NCBI RefSeq assembly: GCF_900167395.1
Contig: NZ_FUWK01000034.1
Span: 1 to 31,762, forward strand
Length of the DNA stretch: 31,762 nt
Source: Nitrosomonas europaea
GTDB lineage: Bacteria; Pseudomonadota; Gammaproteobacteria; Burkholderiales; Nitrosomonadaceae
Reading direction: 5' to 3'
Shown here: positions 7,733 through 15,994 of the stretch, piece by piece
How the letters are laid out: the number at the start of each line of letters is the position of its first letter
Position numbering within the stretch: position 1 is the first letter of the stretch
The notes under the pieces: model-generated
What the model saw: only the letters and a program-made list of their open reading frames with translations
Told to the model about the DNA's origin: nothing
Databases searched by the model: none
Program-made: the position numbers and the translations under genes

Positions 7733-7789
7733 TTTTCAGGCGGTCAGCCGGACCATCTACTGCAGCAGATGCGGGTTTGATAAATTTTC

Positions 7790-9019
7790 TCAGATCAGGA
7801 CTTCCAGCGAAGCAGGGTGACTGAGAAAAGCGGTGGGGCTGGCAGTCAGCCCGTAGGCTCCCGACTGGAACACGACGACCAGATCCCCGGGTTCGGCCCT
7901 GGACAGTTCCATCCGGTCGGCAAGCAGATCCAGCGGCGTACAAAGAGGTCCTACTACTGAAACGATTTCGGTTTCATCGATTTTCATTTTATTGCCAATG
8001 GCAACCGGATAATTTTTGCGAATGACCTGGCCAAAATTTCCGGATGCCGCCAGATGATGGTGCAGGCCGCCGTTGGTGACTAGAAAAGTCTGTCCTCTCG
8101 ATATTTTTTTTTCCAGTACGCGGCAAACATAAATACCTGCTTCTGCCACGATGTATCGCCCCAGTTCGATCACGAACCGGATAGCTGAGAATTGAGAGGG
8201 AATCTCTGCCAGCAACCGTTGCAGATTGGTTCCCACAGCATTCAAGTCCAGCGGGCTCTCACCGGGGAAATAAGGTACGCCAAACCCGCCTCCGATATTG
8301 ATGGCACGAACAGGTACGGGTGAGGTAGAAGCAAGTTGTAAACCCAGTTGCAGTGTTTTTTCATGGGCTTCCCGCAAGGCTTCGACCCGGAGATTCTGTG
8401 ATCCGCTGAAAATATGCAATCCCTCAAAATCGAACCTGAGCTGTGCGATACGTTGCAGTACTGCCGGAACACATTCAGCATCGATACCAAACTGTTTGGA
8501 ACCTCCTCCCATTTTCATTCCGGAAGATTTCAGCTCGAAATCAGGGTTGACCCGTACTGCGACTTTGGGCTGGAAACCGGTCTCTTCTGCCAGTTGCGCA
8601 ATCGTTTCCAGCTCGTACTCGGATTCCACATTGATGACGATACCCGCTGCAATGGCACATATCAGTTCCTGACGACTTTTTCCCGGCCCTGCAAAACTGA
8701 TGTTTTCGGGTGTAATGCCAGCATCCAGTGCCACTTTCATTTCGCCAACCGAAGCCACATCCATACCATCCACCAGCCCGGCCAGATGCTGTACTACGGC
8801 GGGCATAGGGTTGGCTTTCATGGCGTAATGCAGATGAATACCTGCCGGTAAATGCTGCCTGAGGAATTGAATACGTGCAGAGATCAGCTTGCGATCGTAA
8901 GCATAGAAAGGGGTGGTTCCAATACGTTGTGCCAGGCGCGTGAGTGGAAGATCGCCGATGACGAGACAGTGGTTGCGTATCGGAAACTGGGTCATCGGTG
9001 CATGTTTGGGATGCGTCAT
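7790..9019 (-). CDS. PLP-dependent decarboxylase, Orn/DAP/Arg decarboxylase fold (exosortase A system-associated type, TIGR03099-like)
   Basis: It has the PLP-lysine motif HYAMKANP, the substrate motif GPLCTPLD and the C-terminal motif SGAYG. Its start overlaps the ligase stop (ATGA at 9016-9019). Confidence 0.85.
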   Translation of the reverse strand: MTHPKHAPMTQFPIRNHCLVIGDLPLTRLAQRIGTTPFYAYDRKLISARIQFLRQHLPAGIHLHYAMKANPMPAVVQHLAGLVDGMDVASVGEMKVALDAGITPENISFAGPGKSRQELICAIAAGIVINVESEYELETIAQLAEETGFQPKVAVRVNPDFELKSSGMKMGGGSKQFGIDAECVPAVLQRIAQLRFDFEGLHIFSGSQNLRVEALREAHEKTLQLGLQLASTSPVPVRAINIGGGFGVPYFPGESPLDLNAVGTNLQRLLAEIPSQFSAIRFVIELGRYIVAEAGIYVCRVLEKKISRGQTFLVTNGGLHHHLAASGNFGQVIRKNYPVAIGNKMKIDETEIVSVVGPLCTPLDLLADRMELSRAEPGDLVVVFQSGAYGLTASPTAFLSHPASLEVLI

Positions 9020-10599
9020 GATTCTCCTGCCTGGAAAGCCTGCTGAAATTCACCAGCCAGCATTTTCCGGTCTATTTTTCCATTCGGATTACGGGGCAGA
9101 CTGGTTTGTCTCAATTCGATCAAAGCGGGTTGCATGAAAGCAGGCAAGTGCTGTTTGCAAGCCGATTGCAGCACATCCCGGTCGAGCGCGAATCCGGTTC
9201 TGGGAACGGCCACGACCACGATAGCCTGGCCGAGTGTAGGGTGGGGAACCCCGAAAGCGGCCGCTTCAGCAACTTTTTCGGTTGCATAAATGACTTCTTC
9301 CACTTCAGTCGGGCTGACGCGGTAGCCGGAGGTTTTGATCATATCGTCGCGTCGGCCGATGAAATACAGATAACCTTCATCATCCATGCGCACCGTATCA
9401 CCCGACCAGACCGCAAGTTCGGGAATGGTCAATCCGGATTGACGGGGAGTCAGCGGCCGGAAGCAAGCAGCCGTTTTATCCGCATCGTTCCAGTAACCCA
9501 GCGAAACGAGCGGCCCGCGGTGTACCAGTTCACCCGGTTCACCCGGTGCGCAATGGGAACCATCCTCGCGCAGTACCATGACTTCGGCATTAGGAATCGC
9601 TTTGCCCATGGAATCCGGTCGTTTGTCCACTTCCCCGGGAGGGAGGTAAGTTGAGCGAAAGGCTTCGGTCAGACCATACATCAGAAAAATCTGTGTATCG
9701 GGTAACGCACTGCGCAAATGTGCCAGAGTCGCGCGGGGCATTGCGCCGCCCGAATTAGTGATGTAGCGCAGACTCTGCGCATCTTTCCAGTCCAATTGCG
9801 CCAGCTGCGCCCACAATGGCGGCACTGCAGCCAGTCCGGTCACCTGTTCCTGTTTAACCGTGGTGAGGATATCGCGCGGCAACAGGTAATTCATCAAAAT
9901 GGCAGTGGCTCCGGTGTAAAACGCAGTATTCAGTTGATTCAATCCATAGTCGAAGCTGAGCGGCAACACTGCCAGTATCCGATCATCAGGCCGGTTATTC
10001 AGATACCGGGAAACACTTATGGCGCCTGTCACCAGATTGCGATGGGAGAGCACCACTCCCTTGGGTTTGCCGGTACTTCCCGAGGTATACAAAATTGCAG
10101 CCATATCGCTGTCGATGCAGTCCGGTAACCGTGCAGCATCTGAAAGTGTCTGTGTCTGTCTCCATGAAACGACATTCAATCCGGGAAGTGATGCTTTGTG
10201 CAGATCACCGGTGATGATCACAGTATGCAGATCATGACATTGCGGTAATACCGGGCTGAGCAGATCGAGTCTCTCGGCAGAGGTTATCAATATCCGGACA
10301 TTACAGTCTTTGAGGATATAGGCGACCTGTTCGGCTTTGAGCAGCGGATTGACGGGAACGAACGCGCCTCCTGCCGCGGATGCGCCAAACAGGGCAATGA
10401 CCGTTTCGAGTCGTTTCTCGAGATAGACGGCCGAACGTTCTCCGCGACCCAGCCCGAGCGTATGCAAAGCGCTGGCAATCGATTGCACTGCTTCAGATAA
10501 TGCCGCATAGGAGAGATGCCGTTTCTGATCGATCAATGCTGTGGAATCGGGATACCGGGCAGCTGACTGATAAATCAGCTCATGAAAAAGATTGGACAT
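9016..10599 (-). CDS. AMP-forming acyl-CoA ligase / adenylating enzyme (exosortase A system-associated type, TIGR03098-like)
   Basis: It has the AMP-binding signature LYTSGSTGKPKGV, plus YGLTE and a C-terminal PRNPNGKIDRK. Its length is typical of the ANL superfamily. Confidence 0.85.
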   Translation of the reverse strand: MSNLFHELIYQSAARYPDSTALIDQKRHLSYAALSEAVQSIASALHTLGLGRGERSAVYLEKRLETVIALFGASAAGGAFVPVNPLLKAEQVAYILKDCNVRILITSAERLDLLSPVLPQCHDLHTVIITGDLHKASLPGLNVVSWRQTQTLSDAARLPDCIDSDMAAILYTSGSTGKPKGVVLSHRNLVTGAISVSRYLNNRPDDRILAVLPLSFDYGLNQLNTAFYTGATAILMNYLLPRDILTTVKQEQVTGLAAVPPLWAQLAQLDWKDAQSLRYITNSGGAMPRATLAHLRSALPDTQIFLMYGLTEAFRSTYLPPGEVDKRPDSMGKAIPNAEVMVLREDGSHCAPGEPGELVHRGPLVSLGYWNDADKTAACFRPLTPRQSGLTIPELAVWSGDTVRMDDEGYLYFIGRRDDMIKTSGYRVSPTEVEEVIYATEKVAEAAAFGVPHPTLGQAIVVVAVPRTGFALDRDVLQSACKQHLPAFMQPALIELRQTSLPRNPNGKIDRKMLAGEFQQAFQAGES

Positions 10600-10641
10600 C
10601 GATCAGTATGTACAAGTCATGAAATGATTGGATTCTACAGC

Positions 10642-12000
10642 CTATTTGAGCCCGTGACGATTCATCAGGTCATAAAGAGTGGGGCGGGTAACCCCTAGAA
10701 GCTCTGCTGCCCTGGCAACATTGCCATTTACCCGTGCCAGCACTTTGATGAGCATCTCGTGTTCAGCCTTGTCTCTGACTTCACGCAAGGTGACTGGCGC
10801 AAAACTATCGGCTGCCGGTTGTAATCCGAGATCGGCAGCAGTGATTTGTGAGCCTTCTGCCATGATGACTGCGCGTTTGATGCAGTTTTCGATTTCGCGG
10901 ATATTTCCCGGCCAGGAATAGCTGCCGATTGCATCCAGTGCATCCTGGCTGAAATTGAGGGATTGGCGTTTTTCTTTTACCCGGAACTGGTTTTTGAAGT
11001 GATGCGCAAGTAAGACAGCGTCGCCGATACGATCGCGAAGCGCCGGAATATGGATACTGATTTCACACAGACGATAATACAAATCCTCGCGGAAGGTACC
11101 GGCCTCGATCATTTTTTTCAGGTTCTGGTGGGTTGCGCAGACGATTCGTACATCTACCGGGATCAGCTCCCTGCCACCGATGCGTTCGATGACGCGCTCC
11201 TGCAGGAATCTCAGCAGTTTTGCCTGTAACGATAGCGGCAAATCACCGATCTCATCCAGGAAAAATGTACCTCCCTGTGCCAGTTCGATTTTGCCTGGTG
11301 TCTGTTTGACTGCTCCTGAGAAGGCACCTTTTTCATAGCCAAACAACTCTGCTTCCAGCAGGGATTCAGGAATGGCCGCACAATTGACTGCAACCATGCG
11401 TTTACTGTTCCGGTCGCTCAACTGGTGAAGTGCCTTGGCCAATACTTCCTTGCCGGTTCCACTTTCACCCAGCAGGGTGACCGTAACGTCGGAAGACGCG
11501 ATACGCTCGATTTGCTGGCATATTTTGACCATACCAGGATCATTGGTGATGAGTCCGGGAATGGCAGTGCTTGAAGAAGATTTCAACAGTTCGCGATTTT
11601 CGCGCTGCAACCGGTGCAAATAGAACGCCCGGTTTACGATCAGGCTGAGCACGTTGGCATCGAGAGGTTTCTGGTGAAAATCATATGCACCCATATTGAT
11701 TGCTTTCAGTGCATTTTCGTGATTCTGGTTGCCCGTCAGCACGATTACCTTGGTATCAGGTGCCACGGCAAGAATCTGCTGCAAAGTTGCCAATCCTTCC
11801 GTTGCACCATCCGGATCAGGTGGCAATCCCAAATCCATGGTCACGACAGCAGGCTCATGCCGGCGGACTTGTGCAAGCGCACTTTCACGATCTGAGGCAA
11901 CAGCCACATTGCAATCATCGAAACTCCAGCGTAACTGTTTCTGGAGCCCTGGATCATCTTCTATTACGAGCAGTTTTTTTTGTATCTGATTTGCATTCAT
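10642..12000 (-). CDS. prsR: PEP-CTERM-box response regulator transcription factor PrsR (NtrC-family sigma54 enhancer-binding protein)
   Basis: The receiver domain has the characteristic MDLGLPPDPDGATEGL insertion. The AAA+ domain carries GESGTGKE, the sigma54-contact loop GAFSGA and FFLDEIGD. A C-terminal Fis-type HTH is present (AAELLGVTRPTLYDLMNRHGL). Confidence 0.8.
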   Translation of the reverse strand: MNANQIQKKLLVIEDDPGLQKQLRWSFDDCNVAVASDRESALAQVRRHEPAVVTMDLGLPPDPDGATEGLATLQQILAVAPDTKVIVLTGNQNHENALKAINMGAYDFHQKPLDANVLSLIVNRAFYLHRLQRENRELLKSSSSTAIPGLITNDPGMVKICQQIERIASSDVTVTLLGESGTGKEVLAKALHQLSDRNSKRMVAVNCAAIPESLLEAELFGYEKGAFSGAVKQTPGKIELAQGGTFFLDEIGDLPLSLQAKLLRFLQERVIERIGGRELIPVDVRIVCATHQNLKKMIEAGTFREDLYYRLCEISIHIPALRDRIGDAVLLAHHFKNQFRVKEKRQSLNFSQDALDAIGSYSWPGNIREIENCIKRAVIMAEGSQITAADLGLQPAADSFAPVTLREVRDKAEHEMLIKVLARVNGNVARAAELLGVTRPTLYDLMNRHGLK

Positions 12001-12070
12001 GTCATTGCTGCTAAAGGTTCCGGGTGGATAACGAAGTTATTTTGTTGCATCAAGTACTCTCAGGGATATT

Positions 12071-12110
12071 GAAATCAAAACCGGTCGTTTGTTACGGGTT
12101 GAACAACCGG
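12071..12110 (-). terminator. Rho-independent terminator downstream of the acylase gene
   Basis: The minus-strand RNA forms a 9-bp stem, CCGGUUGUU...AACGACCGG (one G-U pair), at 12081-12110. It is followed by UUUUGAUUUC (12071-12080). Confidence 0.55.
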
Positions 12111-12244
12111 GGAAATCTTTTGTATTTCAAGGTTTTGTTCCTCTCGAAGCAAGTGAGCAATGAAATAGACAATGTAAGTTTTATCGACACCTTTTCGCAG
12201 ATATTAAGCCAAACTGGATCAGACGGGAAGAAAGTAGCGATCCA

Positions 12245-14626
12245 TCAATGATCCGCTCTGAATTCGGCCGGATGGAGATACAAAATCTGTTGTGCTGCGC
12301 CGGGCATGAATGATACTCGCCTTCCTGCCACCCAATCGGAATGACCGCTGCCGTAGTAAGGAGAAAGTGGATGGCCGCTCTGGCCTCCCGGCATTTCGAA
12401 ATAACCCTGTTCTTCCTCGCCAGGTGCCACGACGAAGCGCAGCGAAGCACCAAAATCGGGTGCCTGAACACGTGGCATGTGGTGATCGCCGGGTAACTGG
12501 TCGGCAGGCATGTTCAGCCATGCGGCAATCCATGACGGCAGGGCGCGACTGAACGGGTGCCGGATATCGGCGGTATTTTCTTCTCCCCAGTTGCGTGCCA
12601 CTATGCCGCCAGGCTGGGCTTGCATCTGTTCTGCTATCCGGCGTGCGCATGCTGCCAGCATGCTGTCCCAGTCACTGTCATCGGCGGGCAATAAATGAAG
12701 CGGCCGTTGTTCGATTAGTTTCCATACCGCATGTTCGGCCTGGCTAAGGCGTGGTATTTCAAATTCAGGATAATCAGATTTTACTTTGGCAGTTAAACCG
12801 CTGAGCACCTGTTTCATGACTTCGAGACGAAAACTGCGTACGATCCGGTAAGCAACTGATTGCACAGAAGCATGTCCGTTCCAGTCAAGCAGCACTTGTT
12901 GCATTTCGTTGCGCCATACGGTGGATGGTGTTTTTTGCAATATTTCATCCAATAGTTGCTTCCAGCGAGCGAGAAGCAGTGCACGATCATCCAGTTGGAT
13001 GGCGAGCAGATCTGAGGGTGAAAAGTGATCGTGCGCATATAATTCATCCCGGATCTGCCGGCTGCGGGCACCGAGCTCATATCCACCATCTCCCAGCTTG
13101 CTTAATAAGGCGCCATCGATCATTCTTGAATTGCCGTTCCAAAGGCGCATATCCGGTGGATTGATAACCAGCGGGTAATCAGCAGGTGCAAGCCAGCCAT
13201 TCCAGCCTGTAGACTGTTTGCTCCAGTCTGCAGGCAGTCCCGGATCATAGTTACCTGTGCGCTGGGGAATACGGCCGGCAATCGTCCAGGCGATATCCCC
13301 ATTTTTGCTTCCGGCAATGAAATTTTGTGCCGGGATACCCATGTTCCAAGCAATAGCTGCCGCTTTCTCCAGGTTGTCAGCCTGTTCCAGTTCGACGATA
13401 TCGAAATTGACCGCACCAGGCTGGTGCGCAGTCCAGACCAGTGCCAGAGGAGTACCGTCAAAATCCTGTGCAAGGATTGGTCCCCATTCGGTTTCGCGGA
13501 TTTCGAGGGTTTCGTCGGGCGCACCCCGCACATGCAATGTTTCACGCCATATTTTTACAGATTTCCATTCACCCTGGCTGATATAGCGAGCGGGATTTTC
13601 CGGATCGGGATTTACTCTGACCCAATCGGCAAAATCGCCGTAAGAATTGGTGAATCCCCAGGCGATATGGCGGTTGGAGCCAGCAACGATAGCCGGTGTA
13701 CCCGGAAGACTGACGCCGATCACATCGATCTTTTGGTTTGCATGTCTGGCATCCGGGTAAATCAGCCGGGTACGAAACCATAAACCGGGTACTCGCAAGG
13801 TCAGATGCATATCGTTGGCCACCAGTGCACTGCCACTCGTCAGGGGTCCTCCCACGGCAAATCCATTGCTGCCAACCGAGGGAGATTCCTGGAAACCGTT
13901 ATCCGCTAAAGCCTGTTTGCTGGTGGAACGTAAATCGAAGTCGGTAGCAGAGGGGTAAGGTGGCCACTCAAAATAACTGCCGTCCAGTGGTGCATCCCAC
14001 TCGCCTCCACTGGCCGTCAGGAACCGATAGGCAGATTCCGGCAGGGAAGCATGCATCATCGACAATCCCAGTTCACGATCAAAGTTGTTTCCCTGCAGCG
14101 TCATGTACATGGCCAGTACGATCAGCAGGCTGTCTTCACTTTGCCAGGCACGGGGCATGGTTTGCGTAAGCAGGTAACCAAACTGTCTGATCCTGAGACT
14201 GTCCAGTCCCGTATTGACGCCATCCCGATAAGCCTCGAGCAAACGGAGCTGATCTTGTGGCAGTATTTTCAGCATGGTCTGTGCCCGGGCACGCATGCGA
14301 TGCACCCGCGCTTTGCGATCAGCCGGCAACGCAACCGTACCGAATAATTCTGCCAGTTCTCCGGCAGCCTTGCGGCGCATCAGGTCCATTTCCAGGAAAC
14401 GTTCCTGTGCATGGATAAAACCCAGTCCACGCGCCAGATCGAGCCGATTCCCGCCATTCAGCGTCACCGTGCCGAGAGCATCGCGTTCGACTGTTACGAT
14501 ATCGGTTAGCCCGGGAACGGATTGTTCTCCTTCATAAACGGGCAGGCTGCCTTTTAAAAGCGACCAAGCCGTAAGTAATATGACCATCACAAGTGCGGAC
14601 AGAAAAAACAGGGATTTACGCAACAT
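12245..14626 (-). CDS. Penicillin acylase family (S45 Ntn hydrolase), PvdQ/QuiP-like N-acyl-amide (AHL) acylase candidate
   Basis: It has a signal/anchor sequence (MLRKSLFFLSALVMVILLTAWS). The length of about 790 aa fits an alpha-spacer-beta architecture. A beta-subunit nucleophile context (GSNGFAVGG) is present. Confidence 0.8.
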   Translation of the reverse strand: MLRKSLFFLSALVMVILLTAWSLLKGSLPVYEGEQSVPGLTDIVTVERDALGTVTLNGGNRLDLARGLGFIHAQERFLEMDLMRRKAAGELAELFGTVALPADRKARVHRMRARAQTMLKILPQDQLRLLEAYRDGVNTGLDSLRIRQFGYLLTQTMPRAWQSEDSLLIVLAMYMTLQGNNFDRELGLSMMHASLPESAYRFLTASGGEWDAPLDGSYFEWPPYPSATDFDLRSTSKQALADNGFQESPSVGSNGFAVGGPLTSGSALVANDMHLTLRVPGLWFRTRLIYPDARHANQKIDVIGVSLPGTPAIVAGSNRHIAWGFTNSYGDFADWVRVNPDPENPARYISQGEWKSVKIWRETLHVRGAPDETLEIRETEWGPILAQDFDGTPLALVWTAHQPGAVNFDIVELEQADNLEKAAAIAWNMGIPAQNFIAGSKNGDIAWTIAGRIPQRTGNYDPGLPADWSKQSTGWNGWLAPADYPLVINPPDMRLWNGNSRMIDGALLSKLGDGGYELGARSRQIRDELYAHDHFSPSDLLAIQLDDRALLLARWKQLLDEILQKTPSTVWRNEMQQVLLDWNGHASVQSVAYRIVRSFRLEVMKQVLSGLTAKVKSDYPEFEIPRLSQAEHAVWKLIEQRPLHLLPADDSDWDSMLAACARRIAEQMQAQPGGIVARNWGEENTADIRHPFSRALPSWIAAWLNMPADQLPGDHHMPRVQAPDFGASLRFVVAPGEEEQGYFEMPGGQSGHPLSPYYGSGHSDWVAGRRVSFMPGAAQQILYLHPAEFRADH

Positions 14627-14733
14627 ATTTATGATTCACTCTCCAAAGCGATTACTGCCGGGATTGTAACAATGGTGACCATCGTACTTGCAAGAAACTG
14701 GAGTCATCTCAAGTCAACGATCATCGTTTTAAC

Positions 14734-14756
14734 TTGTCCACAATTCCTGTGGATAA
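14734..14756. promoter_or_regulatory. Inverted pair of DnaA boxes in the acylase/UDG divergent promoter region
   Basis: TTGTCCACA (14734-14742, one mismatch) and TGTGGATAA (14748-14756, the reverse complement of the perfect TTATCCACA box) are separated by 5 nt. A further one-mismatch box, TGTGGATAT, lies at 14924-14932. An AT-rich tract lies at about 14826-14880. Confidence 0.45.
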
Positions 14757-15072
14757 GTTTGTGTACAATTTGGGAATGAGTCACTTAAGGTTGTCTTTTC
14801 AAACGGGATTCTCAAGTCTGCTGAAATTTTGCACACAAATTTTATTTTTTAAAAACAGTTACTTATATTGAACTCCAATACTGGTGCGGGTTTGCAGGGT
14901 TGTCAATATCCCTGATGGCAGGATGTGGATATTTTTATGTGTGTCAAGAAAAATTCTGATGACATTTGAAAAATCAGGATTTTTATATTTTCCAAGGCAG
15001 CGATCAGATGTGATTTTCTGTGTTATTTCCCGCTCTGGAATGCATGATGAACGATTTTGCGGATGAGACAGG

Positions 15073-15684
15073 ATGAGCGTGAATGATCTCGAATCGCTGA
15101 TCAGTCAGGTACGCCGCTGTACCTTGTGCGCCGAACATTTACCGCTGGGTCCGAGACCGGTGTTTCAATTGCATGAAACTGCCCGTATTCTGATTGCCAG
15201 CCAGGCACCGGGCAGGCGGGTACACGAAACCGGTTTGCCGTTCAATGATCCCAGCGGTGACCGATTACGCGAGTGGCTGAACATGACTCGTACAATCTTT
15301 TATGATCCCCGCAGGATCGCGATTTTACCCATGGGGTTGTGTTTTCCGGGAACAGGAAAATCTGGTGATTTGCCGCCTCGGCCTGAATGTGCACCTGCGT
15401 GGCGGTCGGCATTGTTGTCGCATTTGAAAAATATCAGACTAACCCTGCTGGTAGGCCAGTATGCCCAAGCCTACTATTTTACCCGACAGGGTAGAAAACC
15501 AGTGGCAACGCTGACCGAGAATGTTCGATCCTGGCAGAAATTCTGGCCTGACATCGTGCCACTTCCCCATCCAAGCCCGCGTAATAACCTTTGGTTGAGG
15601 CGCAATCCATGGTTTGAGGAAGAAATCATCCCGGCACTTCAGGAACGTGTAGCGATGATTCTGAATCAGACAACCGATTCCTGA
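15073..15684 (+). CDS. Uracil-DNA glycosylase superfamily protein (family 4/5-like)
   Basis: It has an N-terminal CxxC (RRCTLCAEHLPLGPRPV), an active-site-like motif ILIASQAPG, then FNDPSGDRL and a C-terminal PLPHPSPRN motif. Confidence 0.7.
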   Translation: MSVNDLESLISQVRRCTLCAEHLPLGPRPVFQLHETARILIASQAPGRRVHETGLPFNDPSGDRLREWLNMTRTIFYDPRRIAILPMGLCFPGTGKSGDLPPRPECAPAWRSALLSHLKNIRLTLLVGQYAQAYYFTRQGRKPVATLTENVRSWQKFWPDIVPLPHPSPRNNLWLRRNPWFEEEIIPALQERVAMILNQTTDS

Positions 15685-15994
15685 GTCCCTATACCGGATA
15701 ACATCCGGTGTCATTCATTCCCGTTCGGAAATGCCTAATCTACGGGCTGATTTGTATCGGGTTACAGTGAATAATAATTAATTCATTGAACTTTATATCT
15801 GAAATTCTACCTGATTCAAGAAGAGGTGGCAGTGCCCGGATATGCCATTTCGATTATTTGTTTGTATTGGGTTTTCTGCTTTACGGGTGTGTAACTGTGG
15901 AGTAGAGTAAATAACAGGCGCCTATTCATTAACTCAGAAAGCGATTTGCGTTTGCAAATCATTAACAACCATAACCTGAAAGGAGTGGTAAATC

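Noticed and set aside
7590-7789. A search for a missing acyl carrier protein gene between the decarboxylase and amidotransferase genes
   Set aside because: The gap is only 200 nt and has no ORF with an RBS or a DSL/DSxx phosphopantetheine motif on either strand. I interpret the gap as regulatory (sigma54-like promoter).
7680-9137. Alternative-frame ORFs over the decarboxylase gene (7680-7943, 8541-9053 at 170 aa, 8414-8851 at 145 aa, 8298-8672)
   Set aside because: They overlap a well-supported PLP-decarboxylase frame. Their composition is Arg/Ser/Cys/Gly-rich, as is typical of off-frame translation of GC-richer coding DNA.
12219-14537. Off-frame ORFs across the acylase gene (e.g. 12219-12650, 13120-13545, 13325-13783, 14274-14537)
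   Set aside because: They are nested within a continuous 793-aa Ntn-hydrolase frame and show Arg/Pro/Ser-rich off-frame composition.
14884-15066. A 60-aa ORF in the acylase/UDG intergenic region
   Set aside because: It has a non-ATG start, no RBS and a Cys/Phe/Arg-rich sequence, and it sits in the AT-rich promoter region directly abutting the UDG start. It is more likely non-coding.
14627-15072. Chromosomal replication origin (oriC)
   Set aside because: There are only two strong DnaA boxes and one or two weak ones. I saw no clear 13-mer DUE repeats, and no dnaA, dnaN or gidA-type neighbours are present. I kept it only as a DnaA-box regulatory observation.
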